Positions 8,111 through 18,300 of a DNA stretch of 64,000 nucleotides are shown here, in pieces. Source of the DNA: Candidatus Versatilivorator sp. (GTDB lineage: Bacteria > Acidobacteriota > Terriglobia > Versatilivoradales > Versatilivoraceae). The stretch's first letter is position 1, and each line of letters opens with the position of its first letter. The stretch is from contig OZ242296.1 in the NCBI GenBank assembly GCA_965207735.1, positions 4,256,001-4,320,000 of the forward strand, read 5' to 3'. Under the pieces are notes generated by a model, which did no database searches, was not told the origin of the DNA, and saw only the letters and a list, made by a program, of their open reading frames with translations. The position numbers and the translations under genes are program-made.

Positions 8111-11100
8111 CCCGACTCGCCCTTTTCCGCTTGGAAGGCGGTGGGCCAACCGCCGTGCAATTCAATGATTTCGTCGGCCTCGATCATCCGGCGGCGGGTT
8201 TCAGCTAACGCTGCAACGATTTTGCTGTAGTGTGCGACATCGTCCGCTGAGAGTCGGCGGCCTTTGCGGTCGTTCAACCACTTTTCCGCTGGGCGGTATC
8301 CCCCGATGGCAAAAGTGTATGTTTTCGGATCCACACCGTTGAAGTACTGAGCGCGGTTAATCCAGACGCGTCCCGGGCGACTGCCCTGCGGCGGTGTGTA
8401 GCGGACCCTTTCCACTTGGTTGCTGCCAGGAACGGGGGGACTCGCGCTAGCGTCCGTGCTCTCGATTTCCATCAAGTGAAGGCCGACGAGACGGGCTCCG
8501 AGTTGGCTGAGGTCCGCGAACAGGGCACGGTTGCCTGGCAACGGCACACGGGGATAATCCGACTTCAGGAAATCGGCATAGCGGCGGCGGTATTTAGGGC
8601 TGTGGAGGACGGCGTAGATGTAGTTCAAGACATCCTCTGGTCCAAACCCTTCCTCAAGGTTGCCGGGACCGTTGGATTGGAATCCTAGACCGACAGCGGA
8701 ACCGAACGCATTAACAAACTCCCTTTTAAGATTTACACGCCGCGCAACAATGGCTGAGGGCTTTAGGGTGTGCTTCAGGTAAAGATAGACAGGCAAAAGA
8801 CAATTGCCCCCACGTCGAAAGAGATTGAAATCCGAGCAAAGGCTTGAAACAAAAACAACGTCCCATGCGCTCGATCCAATAACTTGCCCGGCTCGCCCAA
8901 TGCATAACCCCAAATTCTCCCCCACCAGCATCTGCTGCATGACTTCCGGCCTAGGCCTACATATAAATCCACGGGACCTTCCGGTGTAATGAGTGAAGCG
9001 CTTGTCAAAGGGCCGGTAGAGAACGGGAACGACGCGCCCATCCGCGCGCAGCACATCTTCCTGTGCCAGACGAACTTTCCAATCACGAGCATCCTTCCCC
9101 AGCCCGTAAAACGACCGTGCGTCCTCGGTTTCTCGGTCTGCAAAGTCTGTCACGACTTGTTCCATTTCCTCACGGGTCCAGCATATCGCTAGTTTGTCAC
9201 GGGCGGTGACGATTCCCACTGAATTGATCGGGAAGATGTCAATAAGCGACCAACCAGCTTCGTACTCCTCATGCAGTGCCTCGTCCCGTGGAACGAACAG
9301 ACGTAGCGGCGGTTTGGAGAGCAGTTCCTTCCACTCCATGCTCCCTACATCGCCGGTGGCAAGCCTATCGTACTTGCCAGCGCCAGCAGTCTGTTCACGC
9401 ACACCCCAAAGGTTGGCGTGTTTGTATACGGGTCGGGTCGGTGAAGGGCCACTAGCAGCGGGGCACGCGAATAGGCCAACGGCCACCCCCTGCTGGATGT
9501 CGAAGACATTTTCGTCGTTACCTCCATCGGGCGCGCGTTCTTTCTTTTTCGCGTTGCCGTGCAGGTCGAGAAGGTACCCGACTGAAAGCGTGGCGATCAG
9601 GCTGTCGCGCATGCCACGGAAGGTCGGATTGTCTAAATAGCTATGGTTGGTGATGAAGCCGATCACACCGAGGCTCGTCCGTTCGATTTGCCAATGAGCA
9701 AGGCGAATGAACTTCACATAGTCATCGTTCAGCCACTTGGGGTTACGTTCATTTAGCGGGCTACCATCAACTTCGAAGTAGTTTTCAACTCGTCCCTCAC
9801 CCGCACTGCCACGCAGCAGGTCGCGAATCCATTCACCCTTGTTTGCAGAATGCCCCGAATAGGGCGGATTGCCGATAACGACCGTAAACCTCTGCCAATT
9901 CTTGACCTTGTTGACAGCGCGGGCCTCATGTGCAAGTGCCGGCAGAAAGTCCAGTGTCATCTGCTTGGAGCCCGCCGGTTCCAGGGCGTTCGTCAAAAAG
10001 ATACGCGCCCGCTCGTCGCTTTGGAAGCGATAACCGGTCCCGTAGAGCTTAAGGCCGACCTTGAGGTGTGCGATAGCGTAAGGGGCCATTAGAAGTTCGT
10101 AGCCGTGCAGGCGTGGCAGAAGGTGTCTGCGAACATACTCGTTCCACAGCGGTGCGATTTGGCTATCACGGAGACCGTGTGCTCGCCACCTCTTGAGGAG
10201 CGTTCCGTGGATTACGTCGATGGCCTCGATTAGGAAGGTGCCGGTACCCGCAGCCGGGTCGAGAATCTGGACGAAATCTTGGTTGGGTGACAGGCCATCG
10301 GGAATCTTTAGATTCTTGTGGCGCTCCGCCATCTCACCCCAGGTCGTGGTATCCGCCAAGCCATCAGCAAGTCCAAACTCCTTGCGAAGCAACTTGTCTA
10401 CCGACCGAACGATGTATGTAACCACCGGACGCGGGGTGTAGAAAACACCACGCTGCATGCGCTTCTCCGCGTCGTACTCCTTTAGGAACCATTCGTAGAA
10501 GTGAATGACTGGATCTTCCCGCGGGTTCCGGTCACCGAAATCGCGGATGACCGCCTCCATGTTGGCGTTGTCGAGCAAGTCAACAACCTCAGCAACGCCC
10601 AGTTCGTCGAAATCGATTCCAGAGTTGTAATTCTTGCTCTTAGTGCCGCCGATATGAAGGAACGCTTCCATCAGCTCGCGGAGAAACGGATTGGTGCGCA
10701 TGTGCCCGGCGAAGTCGTCGGCCGTCTTCTTCTGCGGGTCGGCAATGCGAGCTGAGAGCAGGCCGTAAGTGATAGTCTGGGCATACATGTCGGAGAAACT
10801 TTCGGAATCTAGGTCATGCAGTAGCGTCTGTTGGAACGCCTTCACGAGTCTTGTGACGGGCCCGTCTGCGGTTTCGATATCAAGTACGGCGCGAATTCGG
10901 TTGCGGATGGCGCGGGCCAACCTGGCTAAGCGCACAGACAGATCACGCGATGTAGTGACCACTTCCTGGTGGCGAAGGGTAAAGGCAGAACGCCACTGTT
11001 CGCGCCAAGAGTTGGCATTGTCCTCATCCTCGGGCCAAGCAAGGCTCTCTGTCAGTTCACGGGCTACGTGATCCAGGTGCAGCACGGTATCGCGGTCGTC

Positions 11101-11559
11101 CCAACCGAGCACCTTAAGGGTAGGCAGCTCTCGGCTTCCGGCAGGGGCGGCGAAGTGGGCGAAGCTAATCTGGCGAACCTCGCCCTCCCCGTAGTTCGAG
11201 ATGAACAGCAGGTCTTCCGCAGCCCAAGCTTGCCGCTCTGCACTGTTGGCGGACGCACGTTTCTTGAGCGCCACCCGCCCCAGGATGCTGCGCAACGCCA
11301 CCACGGGAAGGCGCTTTGGCTCAAACTTCACGAAGAAGACACCCCAGGGCTGGTTTGTTGCCAACGGGCGTAGGCGCTTGATTTCTTGAATTTTGGCTGC
11401 GTTTCTTACGTCTATGCCGAGTTCTTCCGGCGTGTACTCGAAGGTCAGTTCCTCGAAGTCCTCGCTGTCGATTGGCCAATACATCTCGTCGCGTAGAAAC
11501 ACGATCAACTGGTCGAACCGCTGGATGGCCGCAAGCTCGGTGCGGTGGTCGGTAGGCAT
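8083..11559 (-). CDS. N6-adenine DNA methyltransferase with type ISP-like C-terminal specificity domain (type IIG/ISP-related)
   Basis: GVFYTPRPVV, ILDPAAGTGTF (SAM binding), GNPPY (catalytic). C-terminal GIVTARD, YRPFD, YIYAVLHSP.YR.RY..FLK.DYPRVP and IGGY...KWL.DRKGR. ATG at 11559 has a GGAG RBS. Confidence 0.9.
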   Translation of the reverse strand: MPTDHRTELAAIQRFDQLIVFLRDEMYWPIDSEDFEELTFEYTPEELGIDVRNAAKIQEIKRLRPLATNQPWGVFFVKFEPKRLPVVALRSILGRVALKKRASANSAERQAWAAEDLLFISNYGEGEVRQISFAHFAAPAGSRELPTLKVLGWDDRDTVLHLDHVARELTESLAWPEDEDNANSWREQWRSAFTLRHQEVVTTSRDLSVRLARLARAIRNRIRAVLDIETADGPVTRLVKAFQQTLLHDLDSESFSDMYAQTITYGLLSARIADPQKKTADDFAGHMRTNPFLRELMEAFLHIGGTKSKNYNSGIDFDELGVAEVVDLLDNANMEAVIRDFGDRNPREDPVIHFYEWFLKEYDAEKRMQRGVFYTPRPVVTYIVRSVDKLLRKEFGLADGLADTTTWGEMAERHKNLKIPDGLSPNQDFVQILDPAAGTGTFLIEAIDVIHGTLLKRWRAHGLRDSQIAPLWNEYVRRHLLPRLHGYELLMAPYAIAHLKVGLKLYGTGYRFQSDERARIFLTNALEPAGSKQMTLDFLPALAHEARAVNKVKNWQRFTVVIGNPPYSGHSANKGEWIRDLLRGSAGEGRVENYFEVDGSPLNERNPKWLNDDYVKFIRLAHWQIERTSLGVIGFITNHSYLDNPTFRGMRDSLIATLSVGYLLDLHGNAKKKERAPDGGNDENVFDIQQGVAVGLFACPAASGPSPTRPVYKHANLWGVREQTAGAGKYDRLATGDVGSMEWKELLSKPPLRLFVPRDEALHEEYEAGWSLIDIFPINSVGIVTARDKLAICWTREEMEQVVTDFADRETEDARSFYGLGKDARDWKVRLAQEDVLRADGRVVPVLYRPFDKRFTHYTGRSRGFICRPRPEVMQQMLVGENLGLCIGRAGQVIGSSAWDVVFVSSLCSDFNLFRRGGNCLLPVYLYLKHTLKPSAIVARRVNLKREFVNAFGSAVGLGFQSNGPGNLEEGFGPEDVLNYIYAVLHSPKYRRRYADFLKSDYPRVPLPGNRALFADLSQLGARLVGLHLMEIESTDASASPPVPGSNQVERVRYTPPQGSRPGRVWINRAQYFNGVDPKTYTFAIGGYRPAEKWLNDRKGRRLSADDVAHYSKIVAALAETRRRMIEADEIIELHGGWPTAFQAEKGESGLPLDIDIA

Positions 11560-11668
11560 GGGTTCAGTCTCCACTCCAAACGCGTTACGTCCTGCCATCA
11601 ACACTTAGACTGCCGCCACGTTGCAGGGCAATCTAAGCCCGAGGAATAGACAAATTCTGAATAGACGC

Positions 11669-12916
11669 TTAAAACAAATCCCTCAAATCGTCTTCGGACT
11701 CACTTCCGGATCCGCCGGAAGGTGGTTCCGTAGACTGGGGTAAATCGCCTCGCGTGATTGTCAACTGCCGCTCTTGTTTAAGTTTTTTGAAACGCTCAAT
11801 AAACGCGCACTGGCCGCTGGCACTGAAATATACCCACCGGGTAGCGCGGGTAATGCCGACAAACAGCCATCGCTCCAGCCGGTTCACGTGCAGAAATTTC
11901 GGGAACTTGTTCCTCCTCAACAGGGGCATCAATACCGTGTCAAAAGTCAATCCTTTGGCGCTCGGATACGCCATGACCTTTGGGCGCGAAGTGCTGAAGT
12001 CAATGGTTGGTGATGGGTTCGCCTTCACTCTTCCCGGTTGGGATGGAACCTCAACCTCCAAGCCGACTTCTTTCAGAGCATTGGCATAGCCATAGACGTG
12101 CCTTTTCGTTGGAAACAGGATGGCCACCCGGTCACCTTTGTCGATGCAGGTGCGAACCATCTCGATCATGTGGTGGCGTTCGTCCTCAAAGCTTTGGGCG
12201 ATGTACAGCAGCGGGCTTTGCCGCTCGCCTTTTTCGATTGGTGGATTTTGTGCGATGAAGGCTTGGCGTTCCGACTCGTCACGAATAAAAGCTGCCGCTA
12301 CGCGTACGATGTAGGGTGAGCAGCGATAGGCGTCGAGCAGCGTCAGGTTGCGTTTGTGTAATCCCAAGGTGGCCAGGACACTCGCCTCATCAACACCTTT
12401 TTCGTAGACTTGCTGCTTGTGATCCATGAAGACCGTGACATGCTTCGCCACGGCTTTGAGGATTTCGTATGCTCGAGTGTCGAGGTCCTGTCCTTCGTCG
12501 ATCATCGCAAAATCGTAGAGTCGGGTGGAGTGCTTCAGAGAGCGTACCTTTTCCCATACTGCTTGGCGGATTGCCTCGAAATCAGGGCCTTGTTTCGCCC
12601 GGGGAAGCCTTCTATCAATCCACGCTTCATGGAATCTTCGACACCAATCGTCGAAGGTAAGGACGCAGTCATCGGGGAGTCTGAGATCCTTGAGAGCTGT
12701 ACGGATATATGCCTTCAGGGTCTTGGTGAACACAAAAATCCGGTATCGTTCCGGCGGGACACGAAATTCATCAACTAGGTGCCTCGACCGGTGCAACAGG
12801 ACTATGGTCTTCCCGGATCCTGGCGAACCAAGCACCAGGCGATGTGCTCTTGGGTGCATCACGACCGCACGGACTTGCTCGACGGTCAGTTCATTGCGGG
12901 GGATGAGCCAACTCAT
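11669..12916 (-). CDS. UvrD/Rep-like superfamily 1 helicase (short, no fused nuclease)
   Basis: Walker A GSPGSGKT, Walker B IDEGQD, YRCS, SAKGLTFD, FVGITRA. Start overlaps the upstream stop (ATGA at 12913-12916). Confidence 0.85.
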   Translation of the reverse strand: MSWLIPRNELTVEQVRAVVMHPRAHRLVLGSPGSGKTIVLLHRSRHLVDEFRVPPERYRIFVFTKTLKAYIRTALKDLRLPDDCVLTFDDWCRRFHEAWIDRRLPRAKQGPDFEAIRQAVWEKVRSLKHSTRLYDFAMIDEGQDLDTRAYEILKAVAKHVTVFMDHKQQVYEKGVDEASVLATLGLHKRNLTLLDAYRCSPYIVRVAAAFIRDESERQAFIAQNPPIEKGERQSPLLYIAQSFEDERHHMIEMVRTCIDKGDRVAILFPTKRHVYGYANALKEVGLEVEVPSQPGRVKANPSPTIDFSTSRPKVMAYPSAKGLTFDTVLMPLLRRNKFPKFLHVNRLERWLFVGITRATRWVYFSASGQCAFIERFKKLKQERQLTITRGDLPQSTEPPSGGSGSESEDDLRDLF

Positions 12917-15312
12917 TGTCGCCTTACGATTTCAGCTCTGGTATCTGGCAAGTCACCGCTGGCAGAGATGGCCGAAGTCTTCTCCCGGCGCGAACGTTCC
13001 TCATTGGCCTCCTGCTCTCGTTCGCCGTCACGGGCAAGCCTGGCACCGGTCAGATACCAAACCAGTTCAAAGTCACTCAAAGTTGCCAGAGGCTCAAACA
13101 TACCGAAAGCTTTGTCAAGCAGGCTGTCGCGCAGTAATGGTTGCTTCAGCTTCTCAGCCAAAGTCGCTTTGAGAACCCAACAAGGTGGATCGGGATCGAT
13201 GGAGATGGCCTCGTCAATTACCCGTATTGCTTCATCCAACTTGCCCTGACCTCGCTTCGACAATGCAAGGTTGAAAAACGAACCGTTCCAGCGGCGCCAA
13301 ATGAGGGAGGCCTCTCGGTAAAATTTCTCTTCACGTTCGTAATCCCCCACCTCGCCACAGATGATGCCCATGCGGTGGAGAATTCCGCCATCCGGCCTGG
13401 GGCTGTTCAAACGGCTCAATAGATACAGCGCCCTTTCGTACCTACCCAGGTCTGCTTCCAGCAGGGCAATCTGCTTTACGGTTTCCCGTTGTTGCTGTCC
13501 TGTCATCTCTTGCTCTGTGCGCATTTGCTCTTCCAACTCGAGAATCCGGTTGCGCTGAGCGTTTGGATTCACCACGTTCGTCAAGGGGTTTGCGATCTCA
13601 CCATGAAACTCCCCCCGATCAAGATCATTCATCAGGGCAAGACGGAGATGGAGCACTTGGTTGCCGTCCATGCGGTAACGCAGTCTCAGTGGATCACCCT
13701 TGGAGACGATCGGTGGGATTTCCCAGAGCCGTTCCATCAGGACATTCTTGTGAGAATCTTGTAACTCCACACGAAGCTCCACCGTCTCGGTCAGGCCGGT
13801 TTTCGGAACGAACAGGTCGTTTTTCTGCGCCCAATCCTTGTTGGATGGATACGGAAGTTCGGTTCCAGATCTAATCAACTCCACTGCGCCACCTGAAGTC
13901 TGGATGTTGATGCTGTCGCTCGTGACAGGGCAGAAGATGCCCTGTTTGTACAGGGCCAGCGACAACGCCTGCCAAGCCGCACCTTGGGCGACGGCGGTCT
14001 GAGTCTGCTCCAAGTCATAGAAGCGCAAGAACCGTGCTTTTCTGAAGAAGCCCTCAACGGTCTCCCTAACCTGTGGGATGAGGCTGCTCCCGCCAACCAT
14101 CAGACAAAGGTCGACGTCGTGTGGTTCCAGCCTTGCGCGTTCCAACGCATCTTGCAATGGGGCAAAAATCGAACAGGTCCGAAAGTAGTCGGTCTCTCGG
14201 GGGTAGGGGAGATCTTTGTCGAAGAAGGGTTCCAGAACCTTCTCAAGCTGGACCGCGCTCAACGTGGGCGATTGCAGCCGTAGCGTACGATCTGGCAGAG
14301 AGCAGGAATAAAAATTAGGGATTTTCCGAATCAGGTTAGCACGTTCCTTATCGTAGAGATCAGATTTTTTTAGGCGGGTAATCTCTTGGCACAGGCCGAT
14401 CTTCAAGGATTCGGCAGCACCAAGCAGCGCAGGCATCACCCAGTTGGATTTCTGGCCGTAGTCCAAATCTCGGGCGTTCGATCCATTTTGCTCGATCAAT
14501 TGGGGAAGCAGCACCTCGGCGACAATTGCCCGGTCAATGTCGCCGCCGCCAAGTCTGAGGTAGCGGGAAACGGTAAGGGGTGCGATTCTAACCGGACGCC
14601 CGGGTTTTGCGGGCAGCAGTTGAAAGAGGGCAACGTCGCAGGTGCCGCCGCCAAAATCGAAAACCACAAACCGCTGAGGCGATGAGACCTCCGCAAAAGC
14701 TCGTTTGCCGTGAGCAACGAGGTAGGCGATGAAAGCGGCAATGGGCTCGTCCACCAAGCCGCCCTCAAGCAACTCAACGCCGGCGAGCGCCGCCGCCTGC
14801 ACAGTGTCCTGCCTCTGGGCAGCCTGGAAAGAGGCGGGCGTGGTGACCACCGTTGTTGTCACCGGTGTGGGGTCCTCGGTGAGTGCTGCGTCCATAAGGA
14901 ATTTCAGCAGGCATCCGCCGATCGTCTTGGCGGAATTAAGGCCGTCCGGTGCCTTATGGTAAGTCCGGCGGACGCCAATGTCGTTCTTGCACTCCCAGAA
15001 GATGTTTCGGTTCTGCTCCAGGTCACTGTCACGCAGGCGGGTGCGCAGCCTCTTCGCCCCCTCCCCAACAAGCCGTTTGCCGTCGTGTAGCGCCACCACC
15101 GACGGTACCAACGTGTGGATATAAGGGCCTTGCTGCGTGTCTTGTTCGACTTCGAGGCAACGGACCTCCGGCAGATTCGTGCCGCCGGGTTGCATGAGGA
15201 TTTCAGCGATGGCCGAATTGGTTGTGCCTAGGTCGATGCCGACGACCCGTACGGGCTCGTTCGGTGCTCGAACCCTGACATTTTCTGGTGTGACCAGTGC
15301 AAGAGTGTTCAT
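12913..15312 (-). CDS. Divergent Hsp70-family ATPase with C-terminal TPR repeats
   Basis: VGIDLGTTNS, TPASF..AQRQ, LVDEPIAA, VFDFGGGTCD, LGGGDID, MVGGSSLIPQV, AVAQGAA. TPR-like helices follow (LGRYERA, VGDYERE..FY, FNLALSK..QGKLDEAI...AISIDP). Confidence 0.9.
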   Translation of the reverse strand: MNTLALVTPENVRVRAPNEPVRVVGIDLGTTNSAIAEILMQPGGTNLPEVRCLEVEQDTQQGPYIHTLVPSVVALHDGKRLVGEGAKRLRTRLRDSDLEQNRNIFWECKNDIGVRRTYHKAPDGLNSAKTIGGCLLKFLMDAALTEDPTPVTTTVVTTPASFQAAQRQDTVQAAALAGVELLEGGLVDEPIAAFIAYLVAHGKRAFAEVSSPQRFVVFDFGGGTCDVALFQLLPAKPGRPVRIAPLTVSRYLRLGGGDIDRAIVAEVLLPQLIEQNGSNARDLDYGQKSNWVMPALLGAAESLKIGLCQEITRLKKSDLYDKERANLIRKIPNFYSCSLPDRTLRLQSPTLSAVQLEKVLEPFFDKDLPYPRETDYFRTCSIFAPLQDALERARLEPHDVDLCLMVGGSSLIPQVRETVEGFFRKARFLRFYDLEQTQTAVAQGAAWQALSLALYKQGIFCPVTSDSINIQTSGGAVELIRSGTELPYPSNKDWAQKNDLFVPKTGLTETVELRVELQDSHKNVLMERLWEIPPIVSKGDPLRLRYRMDGNQVLHLRLALMNDLDRGEFHGEIANPLTNVVNPNAQRNRILELEEQMRTEQEMTGQQQRETVKQIALLEADLGRYERALYLLSRLNSPRPDGGILHRMGIICGEVGDYEREEKFYREASLIWRRWNGSFFNLALSKRGQGKLDEAIRVIDEAISIDPDPPCWVLKATLAEKLKQPLLRDSLLDKAFGMFEPLATLSDFELVWYLTGARLARDGEREQEANEERSRREKTSAISASGDLPDTRAEIVRRQ

Positions 15313-15347
15313 GCTCCTGTCCCTGAATTAGTGATTGAGAACTCCGC

Positions 15348-18300
15348 TCAGCCGTTCAGTTCCATCCAACACTTCAGTGACGGCTTTATTCCTACCGGGG
15401 CATCGACCCGCCTGAGATAGGTGTTCTTGATATGTCGTTGGACCTTGGTTCGCGTTTCGATGAGAGTTTTCTCTTCCATAGCGCATTTGCGAGGGATCTT
15501 ATGCTTGGAGCGAATGCTTGCGACGATCTCTCCCGGCTCCTCGACGATTACGTTTCGATCAAGATCGTAGAGGTACCATCGTGTGGACCCTGCCTCCTCG
15601 CTAAAGGTACCGGTTTCTTTGTCGAGGGCTGGTAGCGCATAGCAGAAGAACACACCGCGCGCGCCTTTGGACAATCGCTCACGACCACTGAAAGTAGCGC
15701 CGGGCAGGCGATTGAGACGCGTTTCCAGATCAGGATCATCCCGCTGCAAGGCTTGGTATTCGAGATGCATGTTTTCAATCTCGGTACGCGTCCCCTCATA
15801 GGCGTGGTTGAATTCCCTAAGGGCATCGAAGTTGTCCTTGGGCGTGAGAAGCTTCCTGCCTTCGATTCCAAACGTCTTTGAGATTCGGAGGGTCTTCTGG
15901 GTAACCCTGGTGTAGAGTGTGAGGATGGCGTTCAGCTCTTCAGGAGGCAGAAAGTTCCAATAACTCACACTGCCACGAGAGGCGGCGACCTCCGGGTGTT
16001 CTGCGATCAGACGTTTTTCGACCTCCAGGTTCATGCGGCGGTCAACCCGTCCTATGCGCTGCATTAGCCGCACCGGGTTCCAGTGGATGTCGTAGTTGAT
16101 CATGCGAGAGGCGTCCTGAAGGTTCAGTCCTTCCGAAAGAACATCGGTTGAGATCAGAACGCGAATTTTCTTTAGGCCAGATTCTGCAAGCTCAGTCGAG
16201 GAGGACCCATTGTAGAACGGTGAAAATTGCTGGATTACCTCAGCTCGGTTGGCTTTGGTTGCACTGTCCAGTTGGGCTACTCCGTCGATTCCGCCATGGT
16301 CGAGTTGGCGTTTGAGATAACGAGCCGTGTCGGCGAACTCAGTGAAGATGAGCACCTTCTGGTCGTCCAATTCCTTGGTCTTGAGCAACCGGATGAGCTT
16401 TTGAAGCTTGTCGTCCTGCTTGGGCTTAAACCTCCGAGCCTCGCCGAGAAATTGAACGATCTGGTCAAGATCCAGATAGGTCTCCAATATCATCTCTTCG
16501 ACGTTGTACTGGTCACGGTCGAGCCGCTCGACGGCGTCGAGCATTTCCGGTGGCACGATGTCTTCGTCTTCGGGTTCGTCGTCATCCCCGCCCCAAAGGT
16601 CGAGTTGGCGTTGCTTTGTGTACCCCAAAATCTCTGCGTTTTGCGTCTCCCACCGAGTGTGTAGTCTTTTTTCGCCATCAGTCACGCTATGGACCTTAAT
16701 GAAGGCAAGCAGCTTTTTCAGGAGCCGGTTGCAGGATAGCTCGAAGGCCACGACGGAACTCTCGAAGCGCTTGAGAAAATTGGTCCGGATCAGACCCACA
16801 ACCTGCTGCTGCCGGTTCTGTTCGAAAGCGTCTATTTCTTCGTCTGGACCCTTGTACCAGTGAAGTGGATAGTACATGGGAAGCGTGAAGAGTGGATTCT
16901 CACGCTGGAACGCCTTCTGGAAGAGTTGCAGCAGCCGACCATAGGTCTTATGGATTGAGTAGGCAGCAACCTTTGGAGCTTTGCGTTCCGGAAAGGCGGC
17001 GGCCTGGCCAGTCTCGCGGATCTGGCTCTCGCGGGCGTAGGCGCGGCTACGCTGGACCACAAGTTGTCGAAAGATCGCGTCTGTCGAAAGTGTCTCATGA
17101 GCTTCGCTCATTTGCTCGGTAACGTCAGTCACGGTGTGCCCTATGCGCTGACGAAATGCCTGTTCCATCTGATTGACGTGGGCACGCAGGTTGTTGACAC
17201 CGAGGGTCCGGGCAAAATAGGCTTGGTCCCGCCGGGTGAATAGTTCAACCATGTGGCGGAAGTCGCTCAGCCGGTTGTTGATTGGGGTTGCGGTGAGCAT
17301 GAACAGGGTCTTGCGCCGCACCGAGTTGTCGAGAAGATCGTATAGGCGGTAATAGCGGGAGGGCTCCCTTCCGTTATCGCTACCGCGTGAGCCCGGATTC
17401 CTGAAGTGGTGGGCTTCGTCAATGATCACAACGTCGGCCAATTCGGCAATTCGCTGGAACCGAGCCGGGAAATCGCCCTTCCTGGATAAATCAGTATGAC
17501 TGAAGACGGCTAGGTTGCTGAAATCGGCGCGGCTCCCGACACCGCCGATGTGAGGCAGCCATTCCTTCAAGTGGGGTTCCCAAACTCCTTCTTTCGCAGC
17601 CTTGGGTGCAAACAGCGCTACTCGCCTGCCTTCGTGGAGCACCAAACGCTCTATGAGCATGAGCCCGACGAAGGTCTTGCCAAGACCCACGCCGTCGCAG
17701 AGGAATGCGCCACCGTGCTGACGAGCGATCTTCATGAGCCCCCAATACGCTTCCTGTTGGTAGCGGTCGAGGTGGTGGAACATTCTGGATTTCGTTTCAT
17801 CCCATTCAGTTGCGGTCAGTTCGTGGCCACGAAAGAACTCCTGCAGGGCCTTCGCGTACACTTCAAAGGGTGAATGAAGACGGATGTGCCGTTCGACCGT
17901 CTCTATGACGGCGTCGGTAACTTCTTTGGCTTCTTTCCAATGGGCCTCGAACCACTCTTGAAGTTGGGATACCTCACGAGCGCTTTGGATTTGCACGTTG
18001 AGCTCGATGTTCTCCGTGAGTCCCGGTTTGGTGAAGTTGCTGGAACCTACCAACGCCTGTGAACCGACGACCGCAAGCTTGGCATGGGTTATGGAGGTCT
18101 TCGCATGAAACTTGCCCTTGTCGTAGATCCGGCACTCGATTTGACCCCGCCGCAGACCCTCGAGAACAGCAGGGACGCCGTGCAAGAAGGGGTTGTCTTG
18201 CTTGTCGTACTCAATGCTCTGGTTAAGAATTTCTACAGCCCGCGAACGCACCGAGTCGAGTAGCGCCCTGCGTGTGCGGTGAGTTGTTTCAGCTCCCATT

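Noticed and set aside
12913-15312. Housekeeping dnaK
   Set aside because: TPR tail, divergent substrate-binding region, no grpE/dnaJ/hrcA, and embedded in an RM-like operon.
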